Assembly (NCBI GenBank): GCA_963845535.1
Contig: CAWJSK010000016.1
Location: 70,422 to 134,421, forward strand
DNA length: 64,000 bases
Origin: an uncultured Spirochaetota bacterium
GTDB taxonomy: Bacteria > Spirochaetota > Spirochaetia > SZUA-6 > Fen-1364
Direction of reading: 5' to 3'
Position 1 is the first letter of the stretch, and each line of letters opens with the position of its first letter. Made by a program: the position numbers and the translations under genes. The notes beneath the pieces were generated by a model. It worked only from the letters and a program-made list of their open reading frames with translations. It had not been told where the DNA came from and ran no database searches. Positions 30,227 through 38,157 of this stretch are shown one piece after another.

Positions 30227-31806
30227 GTGTTCTCCCTATAAGGGCAGTCGCTCTCCGCCGCTCGGCCCAGCACAACGTCCTCAGCGAAAGCCGCGCAGGA
30301 AGGCGCGCCGCAGGAACCGCAGTCCCTGCCCGGCAGGGAACGAATCTCTTTGTCGATCATGGAGAGCTTGCGCATGGCCTGGGCCATGTCCGGGTCCAGC
30401 CGCAGACCCGGACGCTGGCTGAACGGCCGGGCGCGCACGGCTGCTCCCGCCGGCTCACCGGGACGCTCCACGGTCCACGCTGGGCTTGCGCCCTCAGGGA
30501 ACGAAGCCAGGAGCGGGGATGCCGAGCATCCGCCCGCGCAGAGGCGGAGATCCAGCATGGCCAGGCCGCCCAGCGCCCCTGTCTCAGCGTTGGCGAGAGC
30601 TCGCATCACCCCGCGCGCGCCGCGTGCGGCCAGCTCCCCCGGCGCCGGCGCTCCAGGAGCCGCGGGAGCCGCCCCGGCAGGCGCCGAGCTTGGCTCGCGT
30701 TCCGCGGATTGCGCTGTTACAAGGGGAACTGCCGCGGTCTTGAGCGCGGCCGGAGTTATGACCGTGACCCTGTCTGTCAGGCTCGAGCGGGAACATTCGC
30801 CGTACAGTCCCGGGCAGGCAGCCACCATGAACACTGGCCGCAAAGGGAACTCCTGGCAGGCAGTCTCAGCGGGAGAAAGAAAGCGCGAAAGGTGCGGGAT
30901 GAGTGAAGGGAATCTGTTTTCGATCAAGGCAACCACCGGCGGGCAAAGCGGAGGAATCCGCGGCATGGGAAGCGCCGCGACAGCAGCCTCTCTCCTGGCT
31001 TCCAAGAGAAGGGACTCCTCCCATTCCTCAAGCAATCGAATCTCAGCGAACCCGAGCGCAAGAAGCGCCGCCGGGAGCCGCGTTGCGGATCGCGGCCCTG
31101 GGAACGCGCCTAGAAATCCGCGGGGAATCAGCAGGAGCGCGCCCTCTGGGATTCGGGGCAAAGCGGCAGCCGAGTCTCGAATGCCGAACACGGCGTCCGG
31201 GCACTCCTCGATGCATGCCGTGCACCCGATGCAAAGGCCGTCCAGGAGAACGGGGATATTCCCGCGCACTCGAAGCGCGCCAACGGGACAGGCGGTGAGG
31301 CATCGCCTGCATCCTCTGCACCGTGGCGCATCAAGACCGAGGGGCGCACGGAATGGCTCCGCCTGCGCAGACGGACGGCTCCCGCTTGCATCGCCAAACA
31401 AAATGGTGGACCTGACGAGCGTGCCTTTTCCTACCCTCGTTTCGATTTCGAAACGGTCGCTGCTTCGCCTTATGTTCGGCAGGCCCAGACCGGCGCCGAA
31501 CCCCATCTGGCGCGCCTGCTCGGACGCAGTGGACCAGCCTTCTTTCAGGGCAAGATCAACGTCGGGGATCCCCGGCCCCTCGTCCGCCACTTCCAGGTCG
31601 AGCTTCGTTTCATCCACCCGGGCCCACAGCGTGCCGGCGCGCGCGTGAATCACCACGTTCATCTCCGCCTCGTAGGCGGCAATCATGGCCCGCCGAAGCG
31701 CGGGACCGTCCACGCCGAGCCTGGCCAACTGGTCCTTCAGTCTGCGTGTGGCGAGACCGGCAGAATCGAAGTCCCCGCCGGTGATGCGGAAGCTCAGCGT
31801 GATCAC
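30223..31806 (-). CDS. RsbT-like Ser/Thr kinase fused to ferredoxin, degenerate [FeFe]-hydrogenase H-domain and FeS domain
   Basis: YEAEMNVVIH, DEGPGI, EGWST, GFGAGLGLPN; CRGCRRC/CIGCTAC; PLCP, AACP, LCAGGC; PGRDCGSCGAPSC. Confidence 0.8.
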   Translation of the reverse strand: MITLSFRITGGDFDSAGLATRRLKDQLARLGVDGPALRRAMIAAYEAEMNVVIHARAGTLWARVDETKLDLEVADEGPGIPDVDLALKEGWSTASEQARQMGFGAGLGLPNIRRSSDRFEIETRVGKGTLVRSTILFGDASGSRPSAQAEPFRAPLGLDAPRCRGCRRCLTACPVGALRVRGNIPVLLDGLCIGCTACIEECPDAVFGIRDSAAALPRIPEGALLLIPRGFLGAFPGPRSATRLPAALLALGFAEIRLLEEWEESLLLEARREAAVAALPMPRIPPLCPPVVALIENRFPSLIPHLSRFLSPAETACQEFPLRPVFMVAACPGLYGECSRSSLTDRVTVITPAALKTAAVPLVTAQSAEREPSSAPAGAAPAAPGAPAPGELAARGARGVMRALANAETGALGGLAMLDLRLCAGGCSASPLLASFPEGASPAWTVERPGEPAGAAVRARPFSQRPGLRLDPDMAQAMRKLSMIDKEIRSLPGRDCGSCGAPSCAAFAEDVVLGRAAESDCPYRENT

Positions 31807-32156
31807 GGCGTGCGCGCCTTTTCGCGGCCAAGACACTCCGCGGCTTTCAAGGAAGTCCGCTCGAGCCCGCGCGCGGAAACGAGGAGCGCCGTCCCCGCCG
31901 CGCGCGCGTGTGAAACCAACTCGGGCGCGGGTTCACAGCCGTCGACGAGGCAGATCGCGGGGACGTCCATGAGGTCCGCGACGCGGATGAGCTGCGTGTT
32001 GTTCAGCGAGGTAACGAGGAGCACGTCGGGGGCGGCATTGGCGATCAGGTCGCTCATGGTGTGACCGCCATAGACGGAAATGATGTTCGGGTTCCCTGAG
32101 CCGCTTGGGACGACCAGCCGGGCTTCGATGGCGCTCGCAAGGTTTTCGATCCTCAT
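31803..32156 (-). CDS. DRTGG domain protein
   Basis: MSDLIA, LLVTSLNN.Q.IR.ADLMD. Confidence 0.8.
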   Translation of the reverse strand: MRIENLASAIEARLVVPSGSGNPNIISVYGGHTMSDLIANAAPDVLLVTSLNNTQLIRVADLMDVPAICLVDGCEPAPELVSHARAAGTALLVSARGLERTSLKAAECLGREKARTP

Positions 32157-32179
32157 GGGGAGATCTTGAGCCTTGAGAT

Positions 32180-32195
32180 TGCAAACCCCGTGCCA
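32180..32195 (-). promoter_or_regulatory. Sigma-54 (-24/-12) promoter of the hydrogenase operon
   Basis: Minus strand TGGCACGGGGTTTGCA matches TGGCACG-N4-TTGCW exactly, 23 bp before the first ATG. Confidence 0.8.
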
Positions 32196-32505
32196 ATCGT
32201 GAACGCAATCTCGAAGAAGTCGCTTCTCTTCGAGATTAAAGTGTCACAAGCAAATTAACTCTTTATAACGTAATGAAATCCCTCTTTCTCAAGCCGCGCC
32301 ATTCGGCGGCCGGCAAATGAGTCGACGCCGAGAGAGGTCCTCGAAAACCGGCCCTCGTTGGGCGCAATTCACCCATGGGCGATTTATGCACGTGCGCTTC
32401 GGAGAGAGGCAATGCTTATTGCTTTTGCATTCTTCAAACGTGGGGTATTCTCTATGCGGGCCGCGGCAATAGGAGCGGATGCACGGTCCGGCCGCAGGAG
32501 GCGCC

Positions 32506-32937
32506 ATGGAGGGTCAAGCTACTGTGCTCGTCGTGGATGATGAGCCGGATATGTGCGAACTAGCGCGCAGAATGTTGGAGCCTGAGGGGTACAAAGTACG
32601 CATCGCGATGCATGGCTTTGATGCCCTTCGGGTCCTGGATTCAGGAGAGAAAATCGACTGTGTGGTCACTGACCTGGTCATGCCCGACATGGGCGGCATC
32701 ACTCTCGCGATGAAATTGCACGATACGCGCCCGACCTTGCCAATCGTTGTGATAAGCGGGCAAGTCGATCTGGATGCGGCCTCAATGCAAGCACTCGCGC
32801 CTCTCATGAACAGCGAGAGGAGCTGCCTGTTGAAAAAGCCCTTTCGCTGGGAACAGCTTGTTGCTGCTGTTCGCAGGGCCCTCTCGAGGGCCGGCGACAG
32901 ACCGGACACGCCCCCTGGCGCTACACCGGTTGCCTGA
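32506..32937 (+). CDS. Single-domain response regulator (CheY-like)
   Basis: VVDDE, TDLVMP, ISG, KKPF; AGGAGG RBS. Confidence 0.88.
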   Translation: MEGQATVLVVDDEPDMCELARRMLEPEGYKVRIAMHGFDALRVLDSGEKIDCVVTDLVMPDMGGITLAMKLHDTRPTLPIVVISGQVDLDAASMQALAPLMNSERSCLLKKPFRWEQLVAAVRRALSRAGDRPDTPPGATPVA

Positions 32938-32948
32938 ATCCGCCTCCC

Positions 32949-33806
32949 CTAAATGTAAGCTCGGAGCAAACGGCTGACAGAGGGTTGTCTCAGGCGTTTG
33001 ATTGCAGTCTTCTCGATCTGACGGATCCTTTCTTTTGTCAGCTTGCACCCCCGCCCGATCGCTTTCAGGGTGGCCGGCCCTTTGCCGTTCAGTCCGAATC
33101 GAGACTGGAGAATCTCTGATTCCCTTTGCGAGAGGAACATCAGCACACGGTTGACGTCATCGCGAAGTGAGCCATCCAGGAGGATCTCCTCGGGCTGGTG
33201 TCCGTTTCTGTCCTCGACGAAGTCTGCAAGCGACGAAAAGTCATCGTCAATTCCGAGGGGAGTCTGAAGGGAGAGCAAGTCGCGGGAGATGTTCAACAGC
33301 TCCGCCACGCTGCCATGGTCGGTATGAAGTCGCCGCGCAATCGCTTCCGCCTCGGAGATTTCGCTCCGCTCCCCCTGGAGCTGCTCGCGTATCTTCATGA
33401 TCTGCTGGAGCTCCTGGGCTTTGTTCTGGGGCAGACGGATCAAGCGGGACTTCACCACGATGGCCTTCAGGATTGTCTGTCGAATCCACCAGACCGCGTA
33501 GGATATGAAACGATACCCTTTCTCGGGATCGAAATGATCCAGGGCCATGATGAGCCCGATGTTTCCTTCGCTCACGAGGTCTTCCAAGGGAAGGCCGTGC
33601 GCGTGGAACCTCTTTGCAACGTTCACGACGAACCTCAGGTTGGCCTGGATGAGCTTCTCTCTGGCTGGCGCGTCCCCTTTTTGGGCGCGGCGCGCGAGCT
33701 CCGTCTCCTCGCTGCGGGAAAGCAGCGGAAGCTTGTGGATTTCCTTGAAATAGGTGGCCAGCGCATTCTCCGCCGACCGTCTGGCTTTTTTCCTGCTGTT
33801 GCTCAT
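32949..33806 (-). CDS. Alternative sigma-70 factor (RpoD/RpoS-like, no region 1.1)
   Basis: ANLRFVVNVAK, DLVSEGNIGL, FISYAVWWIRQ, TKERIRQIE. Confidence 0.92.
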   Translation of the reverse strand: MSNSRKKARRSAENALATYFKEIHKLPLLSRSEETELARRAQKGDAPAREKLIQANLRFVVNVAKRFHAHGLPLEDLVSEGNIGLIMALDHFDPEKGYRFISYAVWWIRQTILKAIVVKSRLIRLPQNKAQELQQIMKIREQLQGERSEISEAEAIARRLHTDHGSVAELLNISRDLLSLQTPLGIDDDFSSLADFVEDRNGHQPEEILLDGSLRDDVNRVLMFLSQRESEILQSRFGLNGKGPATLKAIGRGCKLTKERIRQIEKTAIKRLRQPSVSRLLRAYI

Positions 33807-33889
33807 GCGAGGGATCGTAGCGGCGCTTGATTGCCGTTCGATTGCGGCCAGGTTAATTCTTCTTAAACTTCTCTCCTGCTTGCGAACGC

Positions 33890-33945
33890 TTGACTCAAGC
33901 CCCCTGCTTCTGTATCTTTATGCACAGAGGAATGAACGTTCATTC
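33890..33945 (+). promoter_or_regulatory. Sigma-70 promoter plus perfect 16-bp palindromic operator GAATGAACGTTCATTC
   Basis: TTGACT-17-TATCTT; palindrome 33930-33945 just before the TetR gene. Confidence 0.78.
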
Positions 33946-33962
33946 TTTAAAAAGACAGGAAA

Positions 33963-34541
33963 ATGACAACGGCAGCCGCGGACAAACGCGAGTCAATACT
34001 GGCAGCAACCCTGGGGCTCATTGCGGAACATGGCTTTCATGGTTCGCCAATGTCGGAGATAGCCGACCGGGCGAAGATCGGTGTTGGCACGATCTACCGC
34101 TACTTCCCGGGCAAAGAGGATCTTGTCAACGCACTCTACCTGGAAACGAAAAGGCGGATCGCAGGCTATATTCTTCGCGGTTTCGATGAAACGCTATCGG
34201 TGCGGGAAGGCATCACGCATCTTCTGAAGCAGACCATACGGTACTTCGCCGAGCATCCCGCGGAGCTTCTTTTTGCCGAGCAGTACGAGCATTCTCCTCT
34301 GATCCGGGCTTCGACGCGCAGAGAAGGGATCGCAGAGGTCGAGCCAATTGTTCGTCTTCTCGAACGCGGCGTGCAGGAAGACGAGCTGAAGAAACTTCCC
34401 TGCGAAATGCTGGGCGCGCTGATCTCAGGACCCGTTTTCTCGATTGCGAAGATGTTCGTCGATGAGCCAGCCCCGCTGAACGAGGGGTCGGTTGATGCCG
34501 CGGTGGGGGCCATCTGGGATTCAATATGCCAATCGCGCTGA
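33963..34541 (+). CDS. TetR family regulator (Bm3R1/FatR-like)
   Basis: MSEIADRAKIGVGTIYRYFPGKEDLVNALY. Confidence 0.9.
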   Translation: MTTAAADKRESILAATLGLIAEHGFHGSPMSEIADRAKIGVGTIYRYFPGKEDLVNALYLETKRRIAGYILRGFDETLSVREGITHLLKQTIRYFAEHPAELLFAEQYEHSPLIRASTRREGIAEVEPIVRLLERGVQEDELKKLPCEMLGALISGPVFSIAKMFVDEPAPLNEGSVDAAVGAIWDSICQSR

Positions 34542-34626
34542 AAGTTCTTTAAGAGTTACAGTTCTTAACAATAGTAGGAAACAAAACTATGCGGTTAATG
34601 ATTATCTTTGCCAGAGGGAGTTTCTG

Positions 34627-35634
34627 ATGATGCGCGGACTGCTTCGGAGTGCGGCTTGTCTGTGTGCGCTGTTTGTGGCGACGGGAGTTTCCGCGCTCAC
34701 GATCAAGATGGGGACCCTGGCGCCGGTCGGCTCCCCGTGGGAGCTGGGCGCCAGAAAGCTGGCGGCGGAATGGGAAGGGATTTCAGGCGGCACGGTCACC
34801 ATGAAGATCTACGCGGGGGGCATTGCCGGAGATGAGCCCGATATGATCCGAAAGATGCGAATCGGAACGCTGAACGCTGCGCTGATCACGGTGACCGGAC
34901 TTCAAGACATCTTTGACGGCGTGGATACGCTTTCCTACCCGCTGCTCCTGCAAAGCGATGGCGAGCTGGCGTACGTCTTAAAAAAGATGGAACCCTATTT
35001 CGACTCGGAGATGGAGAAGCGGGGCTTCAAACCCATTCTGTGGGCGCCGAGCGGCTGGGTGTACTTTTTCTCCCGAGCGCCCGTCGTGACCCCGGAAGAC
35101 CTGCGGCGTCAGAAGCTCTGGGTGTGGGATATGGACCCGGACCAGGTTCAAGCATACCAGCAGGCGGGCTTCCAGACAGTCTCCACTGCGGCCACGGACC
35201 TGACCACCGCGCTCGAGGCAGGGATGGTTGACGCGCTTGTGACCAGCCCGCTCGTAGCCGCCTCCAACCAGTGGTTCGGGATTGCAAAGAACATGGCCAC
35301 CATCAGGCTGGCGCCCTTGTGGGGCGCTGCCGTGGTCAGCCTGAAGAGCTGGTCGCAGATACCGGAAGATCTCCAGCCGCGCCTTCTTGCCGCCGCGCAG
35401 AAAATGGCGGAGTCACTCGCTCCTAGCCTTGCCACGGCAGACGATCAAGCGATCGATGCAATGCTCAAGTACGGACTGAAGGTCAACACCGTTCCGCCGG
35501 AAACGCAGAAAACCTGGGAAGCTCTTCTCCAGAAAACCTTCTCGAGCCTCGTCGGCCGCACGTATGACAGAGCCAGTTTCGACATGGCAACCCGGTACCT
35601 CGACGAATACCTGAAGGACCATCCCCGAAAATAG
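34627..35634 (+). CDS. dctP: TRAP transporter substrate-binding protein, TatP(T)-like
   Basis: Signal peptide, IKMGTLAPVGSPW, GGIAGDEPDMIRKMRIG. Confidence 0.85.
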   Translation: MMRGLLRSAACLCALFVATGVSALTIKMGTLAPVGSPWELGARKLAAEWEGISGGTVTMKIYAGGIAGDEPDMIRKMRIGTLNAALITVTGLQDIFDGVDTLSYPLLLQSDGELAYVLKKMEPYFDSEMEKRGFKPILWAPSGWVYFFSRAPVVTPEDLRRQKLWVWDMDPDQVQAYQQAGFQTVSTAATDLTTALEAGMVDALVTSPLVAASNQWFGIAKNMATIRLAPLWGAAVVSLKSWSQIPEDLQPRLLAAAQKMAESLAPSLATADDQAIDAMLKYGLKVNTVPPETQKTWEALLQKTFSSLVGRTYDRASFDMATRYLDEYLKDHPRK

Positions 35635-35699
35635 GCCGCCCACGCCGTGCACCCCCGGCAGTATTCCAAAGGCGCGATTTCCTGTAGCCTGTTCAACTC

Positions 35700-37193
35700 A
35701 TGAGTCAGGACTTAGTCCGTACTCCGCCCGAAACACAAGGCATCTCCTCGGCCGTCCTTCTGGATTTCATCGACACTCTCGACAGCTCGGTCACTGAGAT
35801 GCATGGCCTCGTTCTCCTTCGCCATGGCAATATCGTTGCCAAGGGCTGGTGGGCGCCGTACGCGGAAGATCTGCCGCATATGCTCTTCTCTCTGACAAAA
35901 AGCTTCACCTCCAGCGCTGTCGGTTTTGCCGCCTCCGAGGGCAGGCTTTCGATTGATGACCCGGTGGCCTCCTTCTTTCCAGACAAGCTCCCCCGCTTCA
36001 TAAGCGGGAACCTGGAGGCCATGCGCATTCGTCACCTCCTCACCATGTCCACGGGCCACACCGCCGACCCCACTGAACGCTCGAGGAGTCGCGGGGATGG
36101 TGACTGGGTCGCGGGCTTCTTTGAGGCTCCCGTGGAGCGGGAACCCGGCACGCTCTTCCTCTACAACAGCGCCGCGAGCCACGTCCTTTCGGCCATCGTG
36201 CAGAAAGTCTCCGGCCAGACCCTCCTGGACTACCTCACCCCGCGCCTTTTTGCGCCTCTCGGCATCCACCCTGATTCGTGGGAAACCGACCCTCGCGGAA
36301 TAAACACAGGCAGCAGTGGTCTGATGATCCGCACGGAAGAAATTGCCCGCTTTGGCCAGCTCTATCTGCAGAAAGGCGTGTGGAACGGCCAACAGGTCCT
36401 TCCCGCTGCGTGGATTGCGGAAGCCACCGCACGACAGGTTTCCAATCGAACGGCAAACGAAGCGGAGCCGGAGCACGACTGGAACCAGGGCTACGGCTAC
36501 CAGTTCTGGCGCTGTCGGCACGGCGCCTACCGGGCGGACGGAGCGTTCGGGCAGTTCTGCATCGTTTTTCCAGAGCAGGACGCGGTCCTGGCAGTCAACA
36601 GCGCCGTGAGCGAAATGCACGTCGCCCTGAATGTCGTTTGGGACAAGCTCCTGCCTGCTTTTCAGCCCGCTCCGTTGCCGCTGGACGCCTCCAACGAGCG
36701 TGCCCTGGGAGAGCGCCTCTCGGCTCTGGCGTTGAGCGCCCCAGACTCGAAGCCGGTATCTCCTCGTGCGGCCAGAATCAGCGGCACAACCTACGGGATG
36801 GATGCCAACAGGTGGGAGATAGAGGCGCTCCGCGTCGAAGCGGGCCCGGACGGGTGCATCATCCACATTCGCGACCACAAGCTGGACAAGAGGGCCGGAT
36901 GCGCATACGCGGGCTGGCGCTTCACGCAGTCGGATGTCTTCGGCGCCTGCCAACAGCCGCTTGCAGGACATGCGGAATGGATCCAGCCTGACACGCTCCG
37001 CCTGACGCTTCGCAAATATGTCACGCCGTTTGTTTTCACCGTCGACCTCTGCTTCAAGGACGAGCAGGTGCTCCTGGCTGCCCGCATGAACGTCAACATG
37101 GGCCCAACCGAGTTCCCGCCTGTGCGCGGCACAGCGACGCGCGGCAGGGCAGCGCCCGGCAGGCGGGCGCGCGGCATGGCCTCACGCGCGTGA
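35700..37193 (+). CDS. Beta-lactamase-like serine hydrolase
   Basis: FSLTKS (SxxK), LLTMSTG, FLYNS, YGYQFW, ADGAFGQ. Confidence 0.88.
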   Translation: MSQDLVRTPPETQGISSAVLLDFIDTLDSSVTEMHGLVLLRHGNIVAKGWWAPYAEDLPHMLFSLTKSFTSSAVGFAASEGRLSIDDPVASFFPDKLPRFISGNLEAMRIRHLLTMSTGHTADPTERSRSRGDGDWVAGFFEAPVEREPGTLFLYNSAASHVLSAIVQKVSGQTLLDYLTPRLFAPLGIHPDSWETDPRGINTGSSGLMIRTEEIARFGQLYLQKGVWNGQQVLPAAWIAEATARQVSNRTANEAEPEHDWNQGYGYQFWRCRHGAYRADGAFGQFCIVFPEQDAVLAVNSAVSEMHVALNVVWDKLLPAFQPAPLPLDASNERALGERLSALALSAPDSKPVSPRAARISGTTYGMDANRWEIEALRVEAGPDGCIIHIRDHKLDKRAGCAYAGWRFTQSDVFGACQQPLAGHAEWIQPDTLRLTLRKYVTPFVFTVDLCFKDEQVLLAARMNVNMGPTEFPPVRGTATRGRAAPGRRARGMASRA

Positions 37194-37201
37194 GGGAGTC
37201 G

Positions 37202-37708
37202 ATGATGGAACCCGTGACCGTCCGCCCCGCTTCGGAAGCCGACCTGCCTTCCATCAACGACATCTACAACTACTTCGTGGTTCATTCCACCTGCACCTAC
37301 CAGGAGGAACCGGAACCACTGGATGCCCGACGCCAGTGGTTCGCCCATCATGATGAAGCTCATCCGGCGATCATCGCCGAGGTTGCGGGACGTGTCGTCG
37401 GCTGGGGATCGCTTTCGGCGTACCACGCGCGCTCGGCGTACCGGCGCACCGTGGAAGACTCCGTCTACGTGCATCACGCGCACCACGGCCGCGGCATTGG
37501 GTCGCTGCTCTTGTCGGAGCTGATCGCGCGCGCCCTCCGCGCGGAGCATCACGCCGTCATTGCAGGCATTGACGCCGAACAGGCCGCCAGCGTGGCTTTG
37601 CACGCGAAGTTCCATTTCGAGAGAGTCGGGCGCCTGAGACAGGTCGGCCGCAAGTTCGGACGGTGGCTCGACGTGATCTACATGGAGCTGATGCTGGACC
37701 GGGGGTAG
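37202..37708 (+). CDS. GNAT N-acetyltransferase (PAT/MddA-like)
   Basis: AYRRTVEDSVYV, GRGIG, VGRKFGRWLD. Confidence 0.9.
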   Translation: MMEPVTVRPASEADLPSINDIYNYFVVHSTCTYQEEPEPLDARRQWFAHHDEAHPAIIAEVAGRVVGWGSLSAYHARSAYRRTVEDSVYVHHAHHGRGIGSLLLSELIARALRAEHHAVIAGIDAEQAASVALHAKFHFERVGRLRQVGRKFGRWLDVIYMELMLDRG

Positions 37709-37776
37709 CGCGCAAGGACGGACGCCAACTGGCGTGCACACTTTACAAGAATGTGCACATCGTGCTACTGTCCCGT

Positions 37777-38154
37777 ATGCACACTCTACGACATCTGCGG
37801 GGGTCCCAGAGCGCGCTTCTCACCGTGCGCATGAGTCACGCGCTCAAGTCGAGGATCGAGGAGATTGCCAAGGCGGCCAAGCTGAGCCCCTCCACGGTGG
37901 CAAAAAACATCCTGGAAAGCATCCTGGAGCGCGTGGACAACCGTCTCGACGTATCAGCGGATCGCGCGAGGATCCTCCAGCTCGAGCGTTCCGCGGAAGA
38001 GGCGAAGGCCTTGTGGAAGCAACGAGTGAAAGAGGTGGAGGAGTACGCTCGCTCGGTGGCGGAGAAGCTCGAAGCGGCCGGCCTGATCAAGCGGATGGAG
38101 CCCCGCCTGGACGAAATCCTCAAGGGCGCGAAGCCCGCGCGAACAAAGAGATGA
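37777..38154 (+). CDS. Small putative ribbon-helix-helix DNA-binding protein with coiled coil
   Basis: LLTVRMSHALKSRIEEIAKAAKLSPSTVAKNIL pattern; promoter and repeated boxes upstream. Confidence 0.55.
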   Translation: MHTLRHLRGSQSALLTVRMSHALKSRIEEIAKAAKLSPSTVAKNILESILERVDNRLDVSADRARILQLERSAEEAKALWKQRVKEVEEYARSVAEKLEAAGLIKRMEPRLDEILKGAKPARTKR

Positions 38155-38157
38155 TCC

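Noticed and set aside
18286..32156. Absence of hydEFG maturases as a sign of a non-functional locus
   Set aside because: Maturases are often encoded elsewhere; cannot be judged from this window
35700..37193. True beta-lactamase resistance gene
   Set aside because: No signal peptide; resembles cytoplasmic beta-lactamase-like esterases/amidases
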